The position numbers and the translations under genes are program-made. A stretch of DNA of 54,082 nucleotides. Source: a virus. Lineage: Duplodnaviria > Caudoviricetes. The notes below the pieces were generated by a model, which was not told where the DNA came from, did no database searches, and was given only the letters and a program-made list of their open reading frames with translations. Shown here piece by piece: positions 27,134 through 37,815 of the stretch; the first letter of the stretch is position 1, and every line of letters begins with the position of its first letter. The stretch spans positions 1-54,082 of the IMG/VR virus record IMGVR_UViG_3300031653_000003. One strand, given 5' to 3'.

Positions 27134-30100
27134 ATGGACCAGATAGATTTAATTGTCAAGATGGCAATGGATACAAAAGAATATGCTGACGGGCTGGCCG
27201 AGTCGACAAAGGGAACAACGGCCTGGGCCGGAGCGTTGGGAACTGCGGTCTCTGCCGGTGTTGCTGTTGCTGTTGCCGCGCTTGCTTTTTTGGCTGGAGC
27301 CATCATTGGCATAGGGGTTGCCTCGTTTAATGTCGCCAACGAAACCCAAGAGGCGTGGAATCAGTATGCTGCCCAGACCGGGGCGGCAAATGAGGAAATG
27401 GAGCAGTTTAAACAAACTGCGCTTGATATTTATTCCTCAAACTGGGGGGATAGTATAACCGATGTCGGGCAGGCAATGACAACGGTAAAACAGATCACCG
27501 GGGAAACCGGCGATGAGCTTGAATCCCTCACCACAAAAGCCTTGATAATGCGGGATGTCTTTGGCAAGGATATTAATGAGAGTATCCGGGCGGTTGATAT
27601 AGCCGTAACCAATTTTGGAACTAATGGGTCACACGTTTTTGACCTTGTGGCTGCTACGATCCAAAAAGTGGGTGATCCCGCCGATGATCTCCTGGATACC
27701 GTTGGGGAGTATGCCCCCATTTTTGCCGCCGCCGGTTATTCTGCTGATGAAATGTTCGGTATCCTGCAAGCCGGGGTAGCGGCCGGGGCCAGAAACTTTG
27801 ACGTTGTAGCAGATGCGGTCAAAGAATTCCAAATAAGAATTATTGACGGCTCCGACCAAACCGAAAGCGCGATGAACACCCTACTCGCTTCAACGGGCCG
27901 GGTAAGCGACGAATATGTCACCCTTGAATCTAAGTTAAAAGATACCAGTGATGCACTGGAAGCAAACACAGAGGCGCTAGACAGTGCCGAGGGCGCATAT
28001 GCTGCCAGTAAAGCGGTTGTTGATGACCTAAGCCGGGCATTAGGGGAAGCCAAACGGGCCTTGAGTGACCTTTCCCATCCTAACCTGGCCGGGATGGAAG
28101 CATACGACAATCAGCTTTTTGAACTGGAGCAGCAGAGTAAAGCCGCAAAACTGGCGATGTTGGATATGGTTCCAGATGGCGATGCCTATGAAGCCGCCAA
28201 ACAACAGCTTGATGATATTAACAAAGAGATGGACAAGGTTGCCTTACAACGTGATCTTCAATTTGACCGGCAACTGCGGGATATTGAAAAAGCGGCCACC
28301 GAAGGGCAAGAACCCCTGACAACCTATGACGAAGTGATGGGCCAGATCGGGGCTAAAAAGGGAGAGATAGCAGAACTTGAGGGGGCTTTTGCCGGGGCTA
28401 CTGCCGAGATGGAAGGTAACGCGGCGGCGGTTGCCGCACTTGAATCTGAAAACAAACGACTGACCACAAATATTGACGACCTCAAAGCCGGGTTGGAGGC
28501 TATTGGCTCACCGGCTGAACAGTGGTTAAAAGGGCTTGAAGATGGCTCCATGTCCGGTAAGGAGGCAATGGATCAGGTCAACCAGATGCTGCGGGAATCT
28601 GACCAGGCCACGCGAGACGCGGTTGGGCCACTTATTTACGGGACAAAATGGGAAGACCTGAAAGATACTATTATTCTGTCAATGGGCGAGGGCGTGCATT
28701 ACGCCCAGGACGTAGACGGAGCTTTAGCCGATGCCGGGGAAACGGCCCATCGTGGACTAGGGTGGGCTTTCGACCAGCTTAAAAAACGAGCCTTGACTTC
28801 CTTGCAACCACTTGGCGATGCTCTTTATGACTTAGCTGAGAAAATTATGCCTTTCGTAGGGGAAGCATTTAATTGGTTTGATGAAAAGCTACCCGGTATT
28901 ATGGAAACCGCCGGTTATTGGATTGGCTACTTAGGTGATGTCATCGCGTGGGACGTTGTACCGTATGTGAATAATGAATTGTTACCGGTATTTATGGAGT
29001 TTGCCGATTGGCTGGTAGGCGAGGGAATACCCGCCTTTGTGGAATTTATCACCCCGATCATTGACCAGGTTGTGCCGGGTTTAAAATTGCTTGGCAGTAT
29101 CGCAATGGATATAGCAGGGTTCGTTTTGCCGTTGCTTGTGCAATGGTGGCAATTCCTGGCCGATCATATGAACATTGTAATGCCAATTATAGCGGCGGTT
29201 GGTGTGTTGATCCTGGCCCTCACCTCCCCGGTGTCTTTAGTGATTGGGGCCATTGTCCTGCTGGCGACTGCATGGGCCAATAACTGGGGCGGGATTCAAG
29301 AGAAAGTCCAGGCCGTGATGGACTTTGTAATGCCGTATATCCAGGCGGGCATGGCGTTTATTTCCAAGGTTGTGTCTGATGTCCTGGGTTATATTCAAGG
29401 CTGGTGGAAGGCCCACGGCGAATCGGTGATGGCCCTGGTCAATGCCGCGTGGCAATTTATTACATTTGTAATTGATAAAAACCTTAGCACTATCTGGACG
29501 GTTATTCAAGTTGTATTGGCCCTGGCTCAACAGTTTTGGGAAGATTGGGGAGAGACCATCATGACGGTAGCTGCCCTGGTATGGGATACAATAACCGTTA
29601 TTTTCTCAACGGTCTTTGATAACTTAGGCTATCTCCTGGATGCCTTTGTCGCTCTGTTTAAAGGAGATTGGAAAGGATTCGGGGACGCGCTGGGGAGTAT
29701 CTGGCGTAACACATGGGGGGCAATAGAGGATATTTTGAACAATGCCAAAACAGCCATAATAACCGTTATTGTCGGTTTTATCTCAAACTTTATTGATAAC
29801 TACTGGCAACCCTTTGTAGATGGCATCTCCGAAGCCTGGGATAATGTTTGGAACGGACTTGCGGATATTGTTAACGGGGTAATGGATACGGTTCAAACAG
29901 CGATCCAGCCGGTATCAGATTTCATTGATGATATTTGGCAAAAGATTCAAGGAATTCTTGACACCCTGCCGGGCTTGCCGAGCTTTGGCGGGGAGGCGGC
30001 AGCAAATAACTTTGCGGCCAATGTTCCCGGCGGACGGGGTGATGAAACAAACAACAACTTCACCCAGATCAATAATTTCTCAGGCTCCGGTTTTGACTCA

Positions 30101-30142
30101 ACCGGTCAATTTGCACAGACGAAGGCGCTTCTGACAACCTGA
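27134..30142 (+). CDS. Tape measure protein
   Basis: 1002 aa, helical; DDLLDTVGEY...VADAVKEF...GTKWEDL core and Trp-periodic C-terminal repeats. Confidence 0.9.
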   Translation: MDQIDLIVKMAMDTKEYADGLAESTKGTTAWAGALGTAVSAGVAVAVAALAFLAGAIIGIGVASFNVANETQEAWNQYAAQTGAANEEMEQFKQTALDIYSSNWGDSITDVGQAMTTVKQITGETGDELESLTTKALIMRDVFGKDINESIRAVDIAVTNFGTNGSHVFDLVAATIQKVGDPADDLLDTVGEYAPIFAAAGYSADEMFGILQAGVAAGARNFDVVADAVKEFQIRIIDGSDQTESAMNTLLASTGRVSDEYVTLESKLKDTSDALEANTEALDSAEGAYAASKAVVDDLSRALGEAKRALSDLSHPNLAGMEAYDNQLFELEQQSKAAKLAMLDMVPDGDAYEAAKQQLDDINKEMDKVALQRDLQFDRQLRDIEKAATEGQEPLTTYDEVMGQIGAKKGEIAELEGAFAGATAEMEGNAAAVAALESENKRLTTNIDDLKAGLEAIGSPAEQWLKGLEDGSMSGKEAMDQVNQMLRESDQATRDAVGPLIYGTKWEDLKDTIILSMGEGVHYAQDVDGALADAGETAHRGLGWAFDQLKKRALTSLQPLGDALYDLAEKIMPFVGEAFNWFDEKLPGIMETAGYWIGYLGDVIAWDVVPYVNNELLPVFMEFADWLVGEGIPAFVEFITPIIDQVVPGLKLLGSIAMDIAGFVLPLLVQWWQFLADHMNIVMPIIAAVGVLILALTSPVSLVIGAIVLLATAWANNWGGIQEKVQAVMDFVMPYIQAGMAFISKVVSDVLGYIQGWWKAHGESVMALVNAAWQFITFVIDKNLSTIWTVIQVVLALAQQFWEDWGETIMTVAALVWDTITVIFSTVFDNLGYLLDAFVALFKGDWKGFGDALGSIWRNTWGAIEDILNNAKTAIITVIVGFISNFIDNYWQPFVDGISEAWDNVWNGLADIVNGVMDTVQTAIQPVSDFIDDIWQKIQGILDTLPGLPSFGGEAAANNFAANVPGGRGDETNNNFTQINNFSGSGFDSTGQFAQTKALLTT

Positions 30143-30242
30143 TAATTTTGTGACACAATTATAGTGTAGATTCTATTCACAATTTATTACTGCGGAGGCG
30201 CAAAAAATAAAACATCTATTTAATATTTTGGTGGTATTAATT

Positions 30243-33200
30243 ATGGGCATGTGGCAAATCACGATCCCGGAAGCAACAACGAATCTAGATAATAACCCCT
30301 CGTTTGAAAAAAGCGTCAGCAGTTTGGCGGCGGCAAATGGCGCGGCCATTGCTCAAAGTTCAGACGAACAGGCTATCGGGTTTTATTCGGCCAAAGTAAC
30401 CCCCACGGCTGCTACTGATGACGGGGTTTACAGGGCTTATACCCTGACCGCCTCAACTACCTACACATTTAGTTTTTCGGTAAAGGCGGTTGATGGCATT
30501 GGTTATAAGGCTTACTTTTATGATGTAACAGCAGCCGGGCAATTAGGCGAGGCGGTTTCCTTTGTCGGTGACGGGACATGGCGGCGATATAATATCACCG
30601 TAACTACAAGCGCCAATACATCATATCGGGTTTATATTATTAAAAATGGCGATGCCTCAACCGGGGCATTTTATCTTGACGCCTTCCAGTTGGAAACAAA
30701 GGGCCACGCTACCACATATGGCGATGGGGATCAGCCGGGATGGATTTGGACAGCCGGAGCGCATACGTCAACCAGCGCCCGCAGTGGGCAAAGTACCGCC
30801 GGGGGGCGAGTAGAGGATTTGGGCCAAGACAAGTATCCCAAAATCCGTCATGCTCTGGGCGTTGGAGCAGCGCCTGTTGAGATCATAGATACGCTTCCGG
30901 CTCAAAGTGACGGCGGCGATTATCAGGATACTTTGATCCGGCCTCGGCAATTCCAGCTAATCGGCTATGCCGAAGGCAAAGGCAACGGGATAGATGGCCG
31001 GATTGACTATCATAGAAAACGCCGGAACCTACTACAGGCATTTAACCCTCACGGTGTAACCCCCAAGCAGCCGCGCAATTTACGTTACCGGGTAGATGGA
31101 AACTCGGTGATGATCCGGGCCGATTATGAAACTGGCTTACAGCGGCAAAAAACCCCAGACGCTTTTGCTAAAGAGGGTTTCAGCCTGGGCCTCAAGGCTC
31201 AAGACCCGTTTTTTAGGGCCGTAATGGGCGTAGCTAATAGCGATAATGGAGCCAACGGGATCGACGGGCAAGGGGCCAGTGTGCTAACCGCCCAGAGTAC
31301 CGTTACCGATGCCGATTATATTTTGCAAAAAGGAATTACCGGCGAATGGGCAGCAATGGGAACGGGGTTGAGTTTACCCATTCCTGGATTGCCAGATGGT
31401 GAAATAACCACAATGGCTATTGGCATTGACGGTTTCTTTTATATTGGCGGTCAGTTCTCTTCTGTTGGTGGAGTTGCTAATACAGCGGGGATAGCCAAAT
31501 GGGACGGGACAACCTGGTCAGCGTTGGGAACTGGGGCGAGTGGTGGCAATGTTCAATCTATTGTTATGGATTCGAGTGGCGATTTTTTTGTTGGTGGGAA
31601 TTTTACATCAATGGGTGGGGTTGCTAATACAGCGGGGATAGCTAAGTGGGACGGGACAACCTGGTCGGCATTATCAACGGGAGTTGATAATAACGGTGTT
31701 TATGCTCTTGCCATTGATTCAAGTGATAATTTATTTGCGGGCGGGAACTTTACCTTAATGTCAGGGGTTGCAAATACGGTCAGGATAGCCAAGTGGGATG
31801 GAAGCAATTGGACACCTTTGGGAACGGGAGTCAATGATATTATTTATGACCTTGCTTTTGACTCAAGTGATAATTTATTTATTGGTGGGTATTTTACTTT
31901 AGCGGGTGGGGTTGCTGATACGAATAAGATAGCCAAGTGGGATGGAAGCAATTGGACACCTTTGGGAACTGGGGCAAACAATACGGTTCATGCTCTTGCC
32001 ATTGATTCAAGTGATAATTTATTTGCGGGTGGAACTTTTACCTTAATGTCAGGGGTTGCTGATACGGTCAGGATAGCCAAGTGGAATGGATCAGCTTGGT
32101 CGGCGTTGGGAACGGGAGTCGATGACGGTGGAGTATGGTCTATTGTTATAGATAAAGGTGACGATTTATATTTGGGGGGCAATTTTACCCTAATTGGGGG
32201 CGACTCTTTTGCCGGAATAGCAAAATGGAACGGAAGTACTTTTTCGCAGCTTGGCTCAGGAGTCGATGCTATTATTTTTGCAATGACAATAAGCTATGAT
32301 GGCCAGCTATACATTGGTGGTGAATTTTCTTCTGCTGGTGGGGTATCTGATACGGACTATTTTGCTAGATGGACAGGAGTCGCATGGCGGACAATTGCAC
32401 TGTCCACAAAAGCTATACTGCAAGCCACCGATGGAAAAATTTACATGGGTGGTGGTTTTATAAATGCCGGGGGCGTGGCTAACGCTGACCGGATAGCTTA
32501 TTATGACCCGGAAACCATAACATTTATCGCTTTATCTACCGGGGCGAATGGTATAGTTAATGCTATCGCCGAAGCACCCAATGGTGACATCTACATAGGC
32601 GGATCATTTAGCCTGGTTGGAGGCGTGGCCGATACCGTTGGAGTAGCTTATTGGGATGTGTCTGCGTCCGTTTGGCTTCCTCTTGATACCGGGATAAATG
32701 GCACAGTGCTATCGCTGGCTTTTAGTCCTGACGGTGATCTATACATCGGCGGTTTATTTGAGGACGCCGGTGGGGTTGCCGATACTCAAAATCTGGCGAT
32801 ATGGGACGGCAGCGCATTTAATGCGCTATCAGATGAGCCTGACGGGGCTGTCAATGCCTTGTTGTTTGACAACGCCGGGACTCTCTGGCTGGCCGGGACG
32901 TTTGAAGATATTGGAGCCACAAACGTTGACTACATTGCCAGTTATAATACCTCGACAGACACTTTTAGCGCCCTGGAAACCGGCACGAATGGTTTTGTTA
33001 ACGATTTGGCTTTGGGGCCGAATGGCAATATTTATTTGGTAGGGGCTTTTACCCAGGCCGGGAGCATAGCCGGAGTCAATTATGTCGCCAGGTGGAACGG
33101 GACTCAATTTAGCGGGTTCGGGAGTGGTTTTAATAATGTTGCCTTTACGGTTGGGGTTGATGGGGATGGAAAAATCTATGTGGGCGGTGCATTTACCACA

Positions 33201-33734
33201 GCCGGGGGGGGTGAGTTACCGGACAAGGTGGCGGTATGGACAGGCTCAACATGGACGAGCGTTGACGTTGACCTGCCGGGGACGGCTACGGTTGAGGCTA
33301 TTTTGGTAACAAACGTTAGTATTTTTCTAGGCTTTGATACCGAGGGCAGCGCAACGGCTAACGGGGTAACGAGTCTCACTTATAATGGGGATGCTTATGG
33401 CTATCCGGTAGTTACGGTCAATGGGCCGGGAAGATTGTACGAGATAACGAACATCACCACCGGTCAGAGTATTTATTTTGACCTTGACCTGGAAGATGGC
33501 GAGGTTTTAACTGTTGACTTGACTCCGGGGAACAAAACAGTAGTGAGCACATTCCGGGGGGCGATTCCAAATGTGGTTTTAGAGGGTAGCGATTTGGAAA
33601 CATTTTACCTCAACCCTGGGGCCAATAGCATGTCGATTCTATTAGACGATGCCGGCGGGTCGGCTTATATGTTATGGGATGAGGTATTCCAGAGCTTTGA
33701 TTCGGTTATTTATTTGCCGATAGTGAGTGGTTAG
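30243..33734 (+). CDS. Distal tail protein with N-terminal carbohydrate-binding-like domain and inserted beta-propeller repeats
   Basis: TNLDNNPSFE CBM-like start; many repeats of YIGGxF...IAKWDGxxWxxLG; Dit-like C-terminus (YPVVTVNGPG...FYLNPGAN). Confidence 0.8.
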   Translation: MGMWQITIPEATTNLDNNPSFEKSVSSLAAANGAAIAQSSDEQAIGFYSAKVTPTAATDDGVYRAYTLTASTTYTFSFSVKAVDGIGYKAYFYDVTAAGQLGEAVSFVGDGTWRRYNITVTTSANTSYRVYIIKNGDASTGAFYLDAFQLETKGHATTYGDGDQPGWIWTAGAHTSTSARSGQSTAGGRVEDLGQDKYPKIRHALGVGAAPVEIIDTLPAQSDGGDYQDTLIRPRQFQLIGYAEGKGNGIDGRIDYHRKRRNLLQAFNPHGVTPKQPRNLRYRVDGNSVMIRADYETGLQRQKTPDAFAKEGFSLGLKAQDPFFRAVMGVANSDNGANGIDGQGASVLTAQSTVTDADYILQKGITGEWAAMGTGLSLPIPGLPDGEITTMAIGIDGFFYIGGQFSSVGGVANTAGIAKWDGTTWSALGTGASGGNVQSIVMDSSGDFFVGGNFTSMGGVANTAGIAKWDGTTWSALSTGVDNNGVYALAIDSSDNLFAGGNFTLMSGVANTVRIAKWDGSNWTPLGTGVNDIIYDLAFDSSDNLFIGGYFTLAGGVADTNKIAKWDGSNWTPLGTGANNTVHALAIDSSDNLFAGGTFTLMSGVADTVRIAKWNGSAWSALGTGVDDGGVWSIVIDKGDDLYLGGNFTLIGGDSFAGIAKWNGSTFSQLGSGVDAIIFAMTISYDGQLYIGGEFSSAGGVSDTDYFARWTGVAWRTIALSTKAILQATDGKIYMGGGFINAGGVANADRIAYYDPETITFIALSTGANGIVNAIAEAPNGDIYIGGSFSLVGGVADTVGVAYWDVSASVWLPLDTGINGTVLSLAFSPDGDLYIGGLFEDAGGVADTQNLAIWDGSAFNALSDEPDGAVNALLFDNAGTLWLAGTFEDIGATNVDYIASYNTSTDTFSALETGTNGFVNDLALGPNGNIYLVGAFTQAGSIAGVNYVARWNGTQFSGFGSGFNNVAFTVGVDGDGKIYVGGAFTTAGGGELPDKVAVWTGSTWTSVDVDLPGTATVEAILVTNVSIFLGFDTEGSATANGVTSLTYNGDAYGYPVVTVNGPGRLYEITNITTGQSIYFDLDLEDGEVLTVDLTPGNKTVVSTFRGAIPNVVLEGSDLETFYLNPGANSMSILLDDAGGSAYMLWDEVFQSFDSVIYLPIVSG

Positions 33735-33737
33735 ATA

Positions 33738-34610
33738 ATGATAAAAGCAGCTTGGGTACAATCCTACGCATACGGGGCGACGAGCGTCGAGGACATGAGA
33801 GAGTCAATTAGGTACGATACACTAGAGTTGATTGAGATAGCAGGATATAACCGGCTTTATATTAAATTACCGGCTGAGTTGTCGGACGGTGTTTTTCGTG
33901 ACTCCAAAAGACAATTTGAATTGTTCCTGTCTGAGTTGCCGGATACTGTCGAAAAGCACATCGGCATTTTTAATGCCCGCCCGCCTGGTGTAGAGGAATG
34001 GGTGGATTTTAGAGACGGCGAAGTGCGTTTATCTCAAGAGCAATGGGTTGCCGAATTATTAGCAACATACCCCAATGTTAATGGGATACACTTAGACGGT
34101 ATAAGATTTCAAGGTACTGATTACAAAGTAGATGGTTGTCCAGTTAACGATCCTCAGCGCCGCGAAGCTGTTACCGACACGGTGCGCCGCATCCGGGCCG
34201 TGACTGGTGACAAGGTTTTAACAGTGGCATCCCGGCAAATTTCCAGCGGGGGTCATTTAAGCGGCGGGCCATTCGAGTTTTGGGAGAAGGACATCCCCTA
34301 TATGCTGGAGGACGGGCAAGATATTTTGTCTTGGATAGATAATAACTTGATAGATTACGCCGTGACGATGACTTATACCGTAGATATTGATTACTGGCTA
34401 TACGAGTTAGAATGCTGGAAAAGCGCCGCACCTGGGCAGTTTCTAATTGGCATTGGCTGGGAGAAAAACAAAAACGTAGAGGCCACGATGGAGAAAATAA
34501 CCAGAGGAGAGGTGCGGGGGTCGCCTGGTTTCTGCGTTTTTAATTTATACGATTATCCACCCGATGTTGCGGCAGAGCAAGAGCTTGCCGATGCAATTGG
34601 CGCGATATAA
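33738..34610 (+). CDS. Glycoside-hydrolase-like TIM-barrel protein (GHL10-like)
   Basis: VNGIHLDGIRF and QDILSWIDNNLIDYAVTMTY motifs. Confidence 0.6.
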   Translation: MIKAAWVQSYAYGATSVEDMRESIRYDTLELIEIAGYNRLYIKLPAELSDGVFRDSKRQFELFLSELPDTVEKHIGIFNARPPGVEEWVDFRDGEVRLSQEQWVAELLATYPNVNGIHLDGIRFQGTDYKVDGCPVNDPQRREAVTDTVRRIRAVTGDKVLTVASRQISSGGHLSGGPFEFWEKDIPYMLEDGQDILSWIDNNLIDYAVTMTYTVDIDYWLYELECWKSAAPGQFLIGIGWEKNKNVEATMEKITRGEVRGSPGFCVFNLYDYPPDVAAEQELADAIGAI

Positions 34611-34626
34611 AAAAGGAGAATAAATT

Positions 34627-35736
34627 GTGGCTGGCAGCGGCGCAGCTAAATATCCGGTATGGCTACTCAATCCACAGGGTCAGGTCATAAAATTATTGGA
34701 TCGATTCATAAAACTAAAATATGTATTAGCTACCAACGGAATCGGCGTAGCCAATATACAGCTGAACCCGTCCTTTGACATGAGTATGGTACAAGAGGAC
34801 AGCCAGTTAATGATCTATCGCCAACTCCCCGGCCAACAAAAATATCGGGACGGGGATGCGGTTTGGCTGGTACGCGATTGGGACTGGATCATGTCTCAAC
34901 GGGGACAGGAACAAATAGGGCTGGTGGGGTATTCGGCTAATGAGATTCTAGACCGGGCCATCGTAGCATACGCCGCCGGAACAAGTCAGGCAAAAAAAAG
35001 CTCAACGCCCGTTGATAATTTAATTAAGGCACTGGTACGGGATAATCTTGGCTCACTGGCTACTGATGCGGATCGGGATAAGTCCGACTATTTATTGGTT
35101 GAAGCTGACTTGGGGTTGGGGCCTAGTACAAGTAAGTCAATGTCTTGGCGACAGCTATTACCAACGGTGCAAGAGTTAGCCGGTGATGCGGCTAACCTCG
35201 GTACGCCCGTATATTTTGACGTAATCCGGCGTCCTGGGGACAGTCAATTATTTACCCTGGCAACCTGGGCCGGCCATCGGGGGGTTGACCGGACAGGTGA
35301 TAACCGGGTCATTTTATCGGTTAGAAATGGGACGCTATCAGAGATAAAATGGCAGTATAGCACCATTGACGAGCGCAATTATATTTATGTAGGTGGGCAA
35401 AATCAGAAGTCAGACCGGATCATAGTGGAGGTTGAATCGGATCGGGCTAACCTCTCCCCGATGGCCCGGCGTGAATTATTTGTAGATGCCAGAAATTCTA
35501 CCAAGGCCGGGTTACAATCGGATGGGGAAGCGGCAATTAATAAATACCGACCAACTGAAACATTTACGACAAAGATCAGGGATACAAAGGCGATCCGGTT
35601 TGGACGTGATTATAATTACGGCGATATTATTATCGTGGACATAGGGCGGCGGGTGGTCAATGTGCGGGTTGATGCTGTAGAGGTTGAGGTAAGCCGGGGA
35701 CAAGAATCAATCAAGGCACAATTGAAGGTGGTATGA
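34627..35736 (+). CDS. Siphovirus baseplate hub/minor tail protein (ReqiPepy6 Gp37-like)
   Basis: NYIYVGGQ...RRELFVDAR...FGRDYNYGDII motifs. Confidence 0.8.
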   Translation: MAGSGAAKYPVWLLNPQGQVIKLLDRFIKLKYVLATNGIGVANIQLNPSFDMSMVQEDSQLMIYRQLPGQQKYRDGDAVWLVRDWDWIMSQRGQEQIGLVGYSANEILDRAIVAYAAGTSQAKKSSTPVDNLIKALVRDNLGSLATDADRDKSDYLLVEADLGLGPSTSKSMSWRQLLPTVQELAGDAANLGTPVYFDVIRRPGDSQLFTLATWAGHRGVDRTGDNRVILSVRNGTLSEIKWQYSTIDERNYIYVGGQNQKSDRIIVEVESDRANLSPMARRELFVDARNSTKAGLQSDGEAAINKYRPTETFTTKIRDTKAIRFGRDYNYGDIIIVDIGRRVVNVRVDAVEVEVSRGQESIKAQLKVV

Positions 35737-36809
35737 TGTCGGATTTGGTTAAAAAAATTGTAGAATTACAACAGGAAGTTGAACGGCTAAAGACACGGGA
35801 CGCGCACCCGTATAGCAACTATTCGGCCACGGCTGCGCCTGGGGTGAACGATGATGCCGACGATGGTTATCAGCCCGGTTCGTTGTGGATAGATACGGTA
35901 AATGATAACGCCTATGTTTGTTTAGATTCTAAAGTGGGGGAGGCGGTGTGGGAACTTGCCAGCCCCAGCACAATCCTTAATTCTATAATTGGATTTAATC
36001 TAAGCTCGGCAACTGAGCTAACGATAAAGGTGGGGGCGGTAACAAAGACCCAGGCTAACCACACTATTGATACCGAGTCAGACGCCGCAACTGATGATTT
36101 GGATACTATAAATGGCGGCGCTGCGGCTGATATTCTTTTTGCCAGGCCGGAAGATTCAGCGCGAAACGTAAAAGTAACAGAGAATGGGAATATCTTCATT
36201 CCCTCCGGCCCAGATTTATATCTCGATAATACGAGCGACATATTAGGGTTACTCTTTGACGGTACGGACTGGCTAAATTTTGCCAATCCGTTTGGCCGAA
36301 TGTCTCTAATTGCGGAACACGAACTTGCCGCGCCGGACACCGACTTCACATTTGCGGATATTCCACAGACGTTCCGGCATCTGATGATGTGGCAACAACT
36401 CAGAACAGACAGGGCAGCCGTGTCGGATTTACTATACACACAAATAAACGCTGACGCCGGAAATAATTATGATGATATAGCCATTGTGGGAGGAACCGGC
36501 GGCACGTCAACCAGCGCCAACGCTGCCGGGGCTTGGACTTTCACGGGATACACAGCGGGGGCCAATTCAAGGGCAAATAACTTTTACCCAACAATTACTT
36601 TTATCCCGAATTATACAAACACAAATTTTGAGAAAAGTGGGCTGACTTTATCGGTTAGCTTTGCGGACGTTGCGACTGGAAATATGCGGCTAATTGTTGA
36701 CGCCATTCACTGGCGCAGCAGCAACGCCATTGCATCCATTACGTCACTACCAGGCGTTGGGCCTAACTTTGTGGAAAATTGTATTTTTCAATTGTACGGG
36801 GTGTTATAA
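35733..36809 (+). CDS. Tail fibre/receptor-binding protein
   Basis: APGVNDDADDGYQPGSLW and DDLDTINGG modules; FADIPQTFRHL...FQLYGV C-terminal domain. Confidence 0.7.
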   Translation: MMSDLVKKIVELQQEVERLKTRDAHPYSNYSATAAPGVNDDADDGYQPGSLWIDTVNDNAYVCLDSKVGEAVWELASPSTILNSIIGFNLSSATELTIKVGAVTKTQANHTIDTESDAATDDLDTINGGAAADILFARPEDSARNVKVTENGNIFIPSGPDLYLDNTSDILGLLFDGTDWLNFANPFGRMSLIAEHELAAPDTDFTFADIPQTFRHLMMWQQLRTDRAAVSDLLYTQINADAGNNYDDIAIVGGTGGTSTSANAAGAWTFTGYTAGANSRANNFYPTITFIPNYTNTNFEKSGLTLSVSFADVATGNMRLIVDAIHWRSSNAIASITSLPGVGPNFVENCIFQLYGVL

Positions 36810-37033
36810 TGAGTACCACATTAAAATGTAAAACAGGTGAAATAAGTAAAGTTCCCCAAACAGCCACCGAGTTAGCCGAGGCTGATGCGCGGCGGGTAGA
36901 AATAGCGGCGCGGGAGGCGGAAGAGGCAGCCAAGAAAGAGAAGAAAGAGAAAGCGTTGGACAAGCTACGGAAGTCGAGCGCCCCGGACATCAAGGATTTA
37001 TTAGTGTATCTGGGGGCAGGCGTCATTGAGTGA
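36809..37033 (+). CDS. Small tail-fibre-associated protein
   Basis: Coupled to the fibre gene stop (TAATG). Confidence 0.5.
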   Translation: MSTTLKCKTGEISKVPQTATELAEADARRVEIAAREAEEAAKKEKKEKALDKLRKSSAPDIKDLLVYLGAGVIE

Positions 37034-37050
37034 GGGCTTTACAATTGATC

Positions 37051-37467
37051 TTATGAGCCTAATGTCTTGGCGAAATAAGAACGTATTTCGCCAATCCTAT
37101 CCAGGTAAATTTTAACCACTTCCTGACCAAATTCATTATTTTCCAACAAATCGTTCTCGAATGACCCTAGCGCGTCGTATAGAGTTATAGCTTGTGATTC
37201 TGTCAACTTGATTCCATTTATTTCAATTGTAGATGGGTTGGCAGAGAAAAAATGTTGAAATCGTAAAGCAGTGCAAAGTTCGCCTATAATAGTTAGCTTT
37301 CCGTATTTCGGGGATGTCTTTTTGACAATCTTTACTTGCTCTTCGTTGAGACTGCCATAAATTTTTGCTAATTCATGCTCAATATCCGCGATAGTATCAT
37401 CGGGGAGTAGGCCCTTCCATTGTCTTTGAATTTTCTGAATCTCTTCTTTGCTGTAAGGTTTTTTCAT
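37051..37467 (-). CDS. Hypothetical protein
   Basis: MKKPYSKEE... with GGAGG RBS, downstream of the ParR-like gene. Confidence 0.55.
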   Translation of the reverse strand: MKKPYSKEEIQKIQRQWKGLLPDDTIADIEHELAKIYGSLNEEQVKIVKKTSPKYGKLTIIGELCTALRFQHFFSANPSTIEINGIKLTESQAITLYDALGSFENDLLENNEFGQEVVKIYLDRIGEIRSYFAKTLGS

Positions 37468-37468
37468 T

Positions 37469-37807
37469 TTAATCCTCCAAGTTTTCCATTTGATCAAGCA
37501 TATCAAGGGCCATTTCCCTCATGTTCTCATCTGCCGAATGGTCTGATCCATCATTATCTGACCCGTTAACATATCGTAGATTATTAACCCTTGCTTCAAT
37601 TGCGCTGACTACCTCCAATATCTTGGGGATCAGCTTTATTTTATCGGCCAGATTTGCAAGGTCTAAGGCGTCCTCCATATCTTTATATAGGTAAAGGGCC
37701 TTTTTTGTTGTTTCGCTTTTTTTCCCTTTTTTGTTGGGATGATTAAGCCATTCTATCAAACCTCGATCATTTTCAGGATCAAGCGAATAAGACTCGTTAT
37801 GCGCCAT
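37469..37807 (-). CDS. ParR-like ribbon-helix-helix adaptor
   Basis: SYSLDPENDRGLIEWL...KSETTKKALYLY N-terminus and acidic tail; directly after the ParM-like gene. Confidence 0.65.
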   Translation of the reverse strand: MAHNESYSLDPENDRGLIEWLNHPNKKGKKSETTKKALYLYKDMEDALDLANLADKIKLIPKILEVVSAIEARVNNLRYVNGSDNDGSDHSADENMREMALDMLDQMENLED

Positions 37808-37815
37808 GTTATCTC

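Noticed and set aside
31380-33300. Diversity-generating retroelement TR/VR pair
   Set aside because: The repeats are in-frame propeller blades, differences are not confined to adenines, and no RT gene is present.
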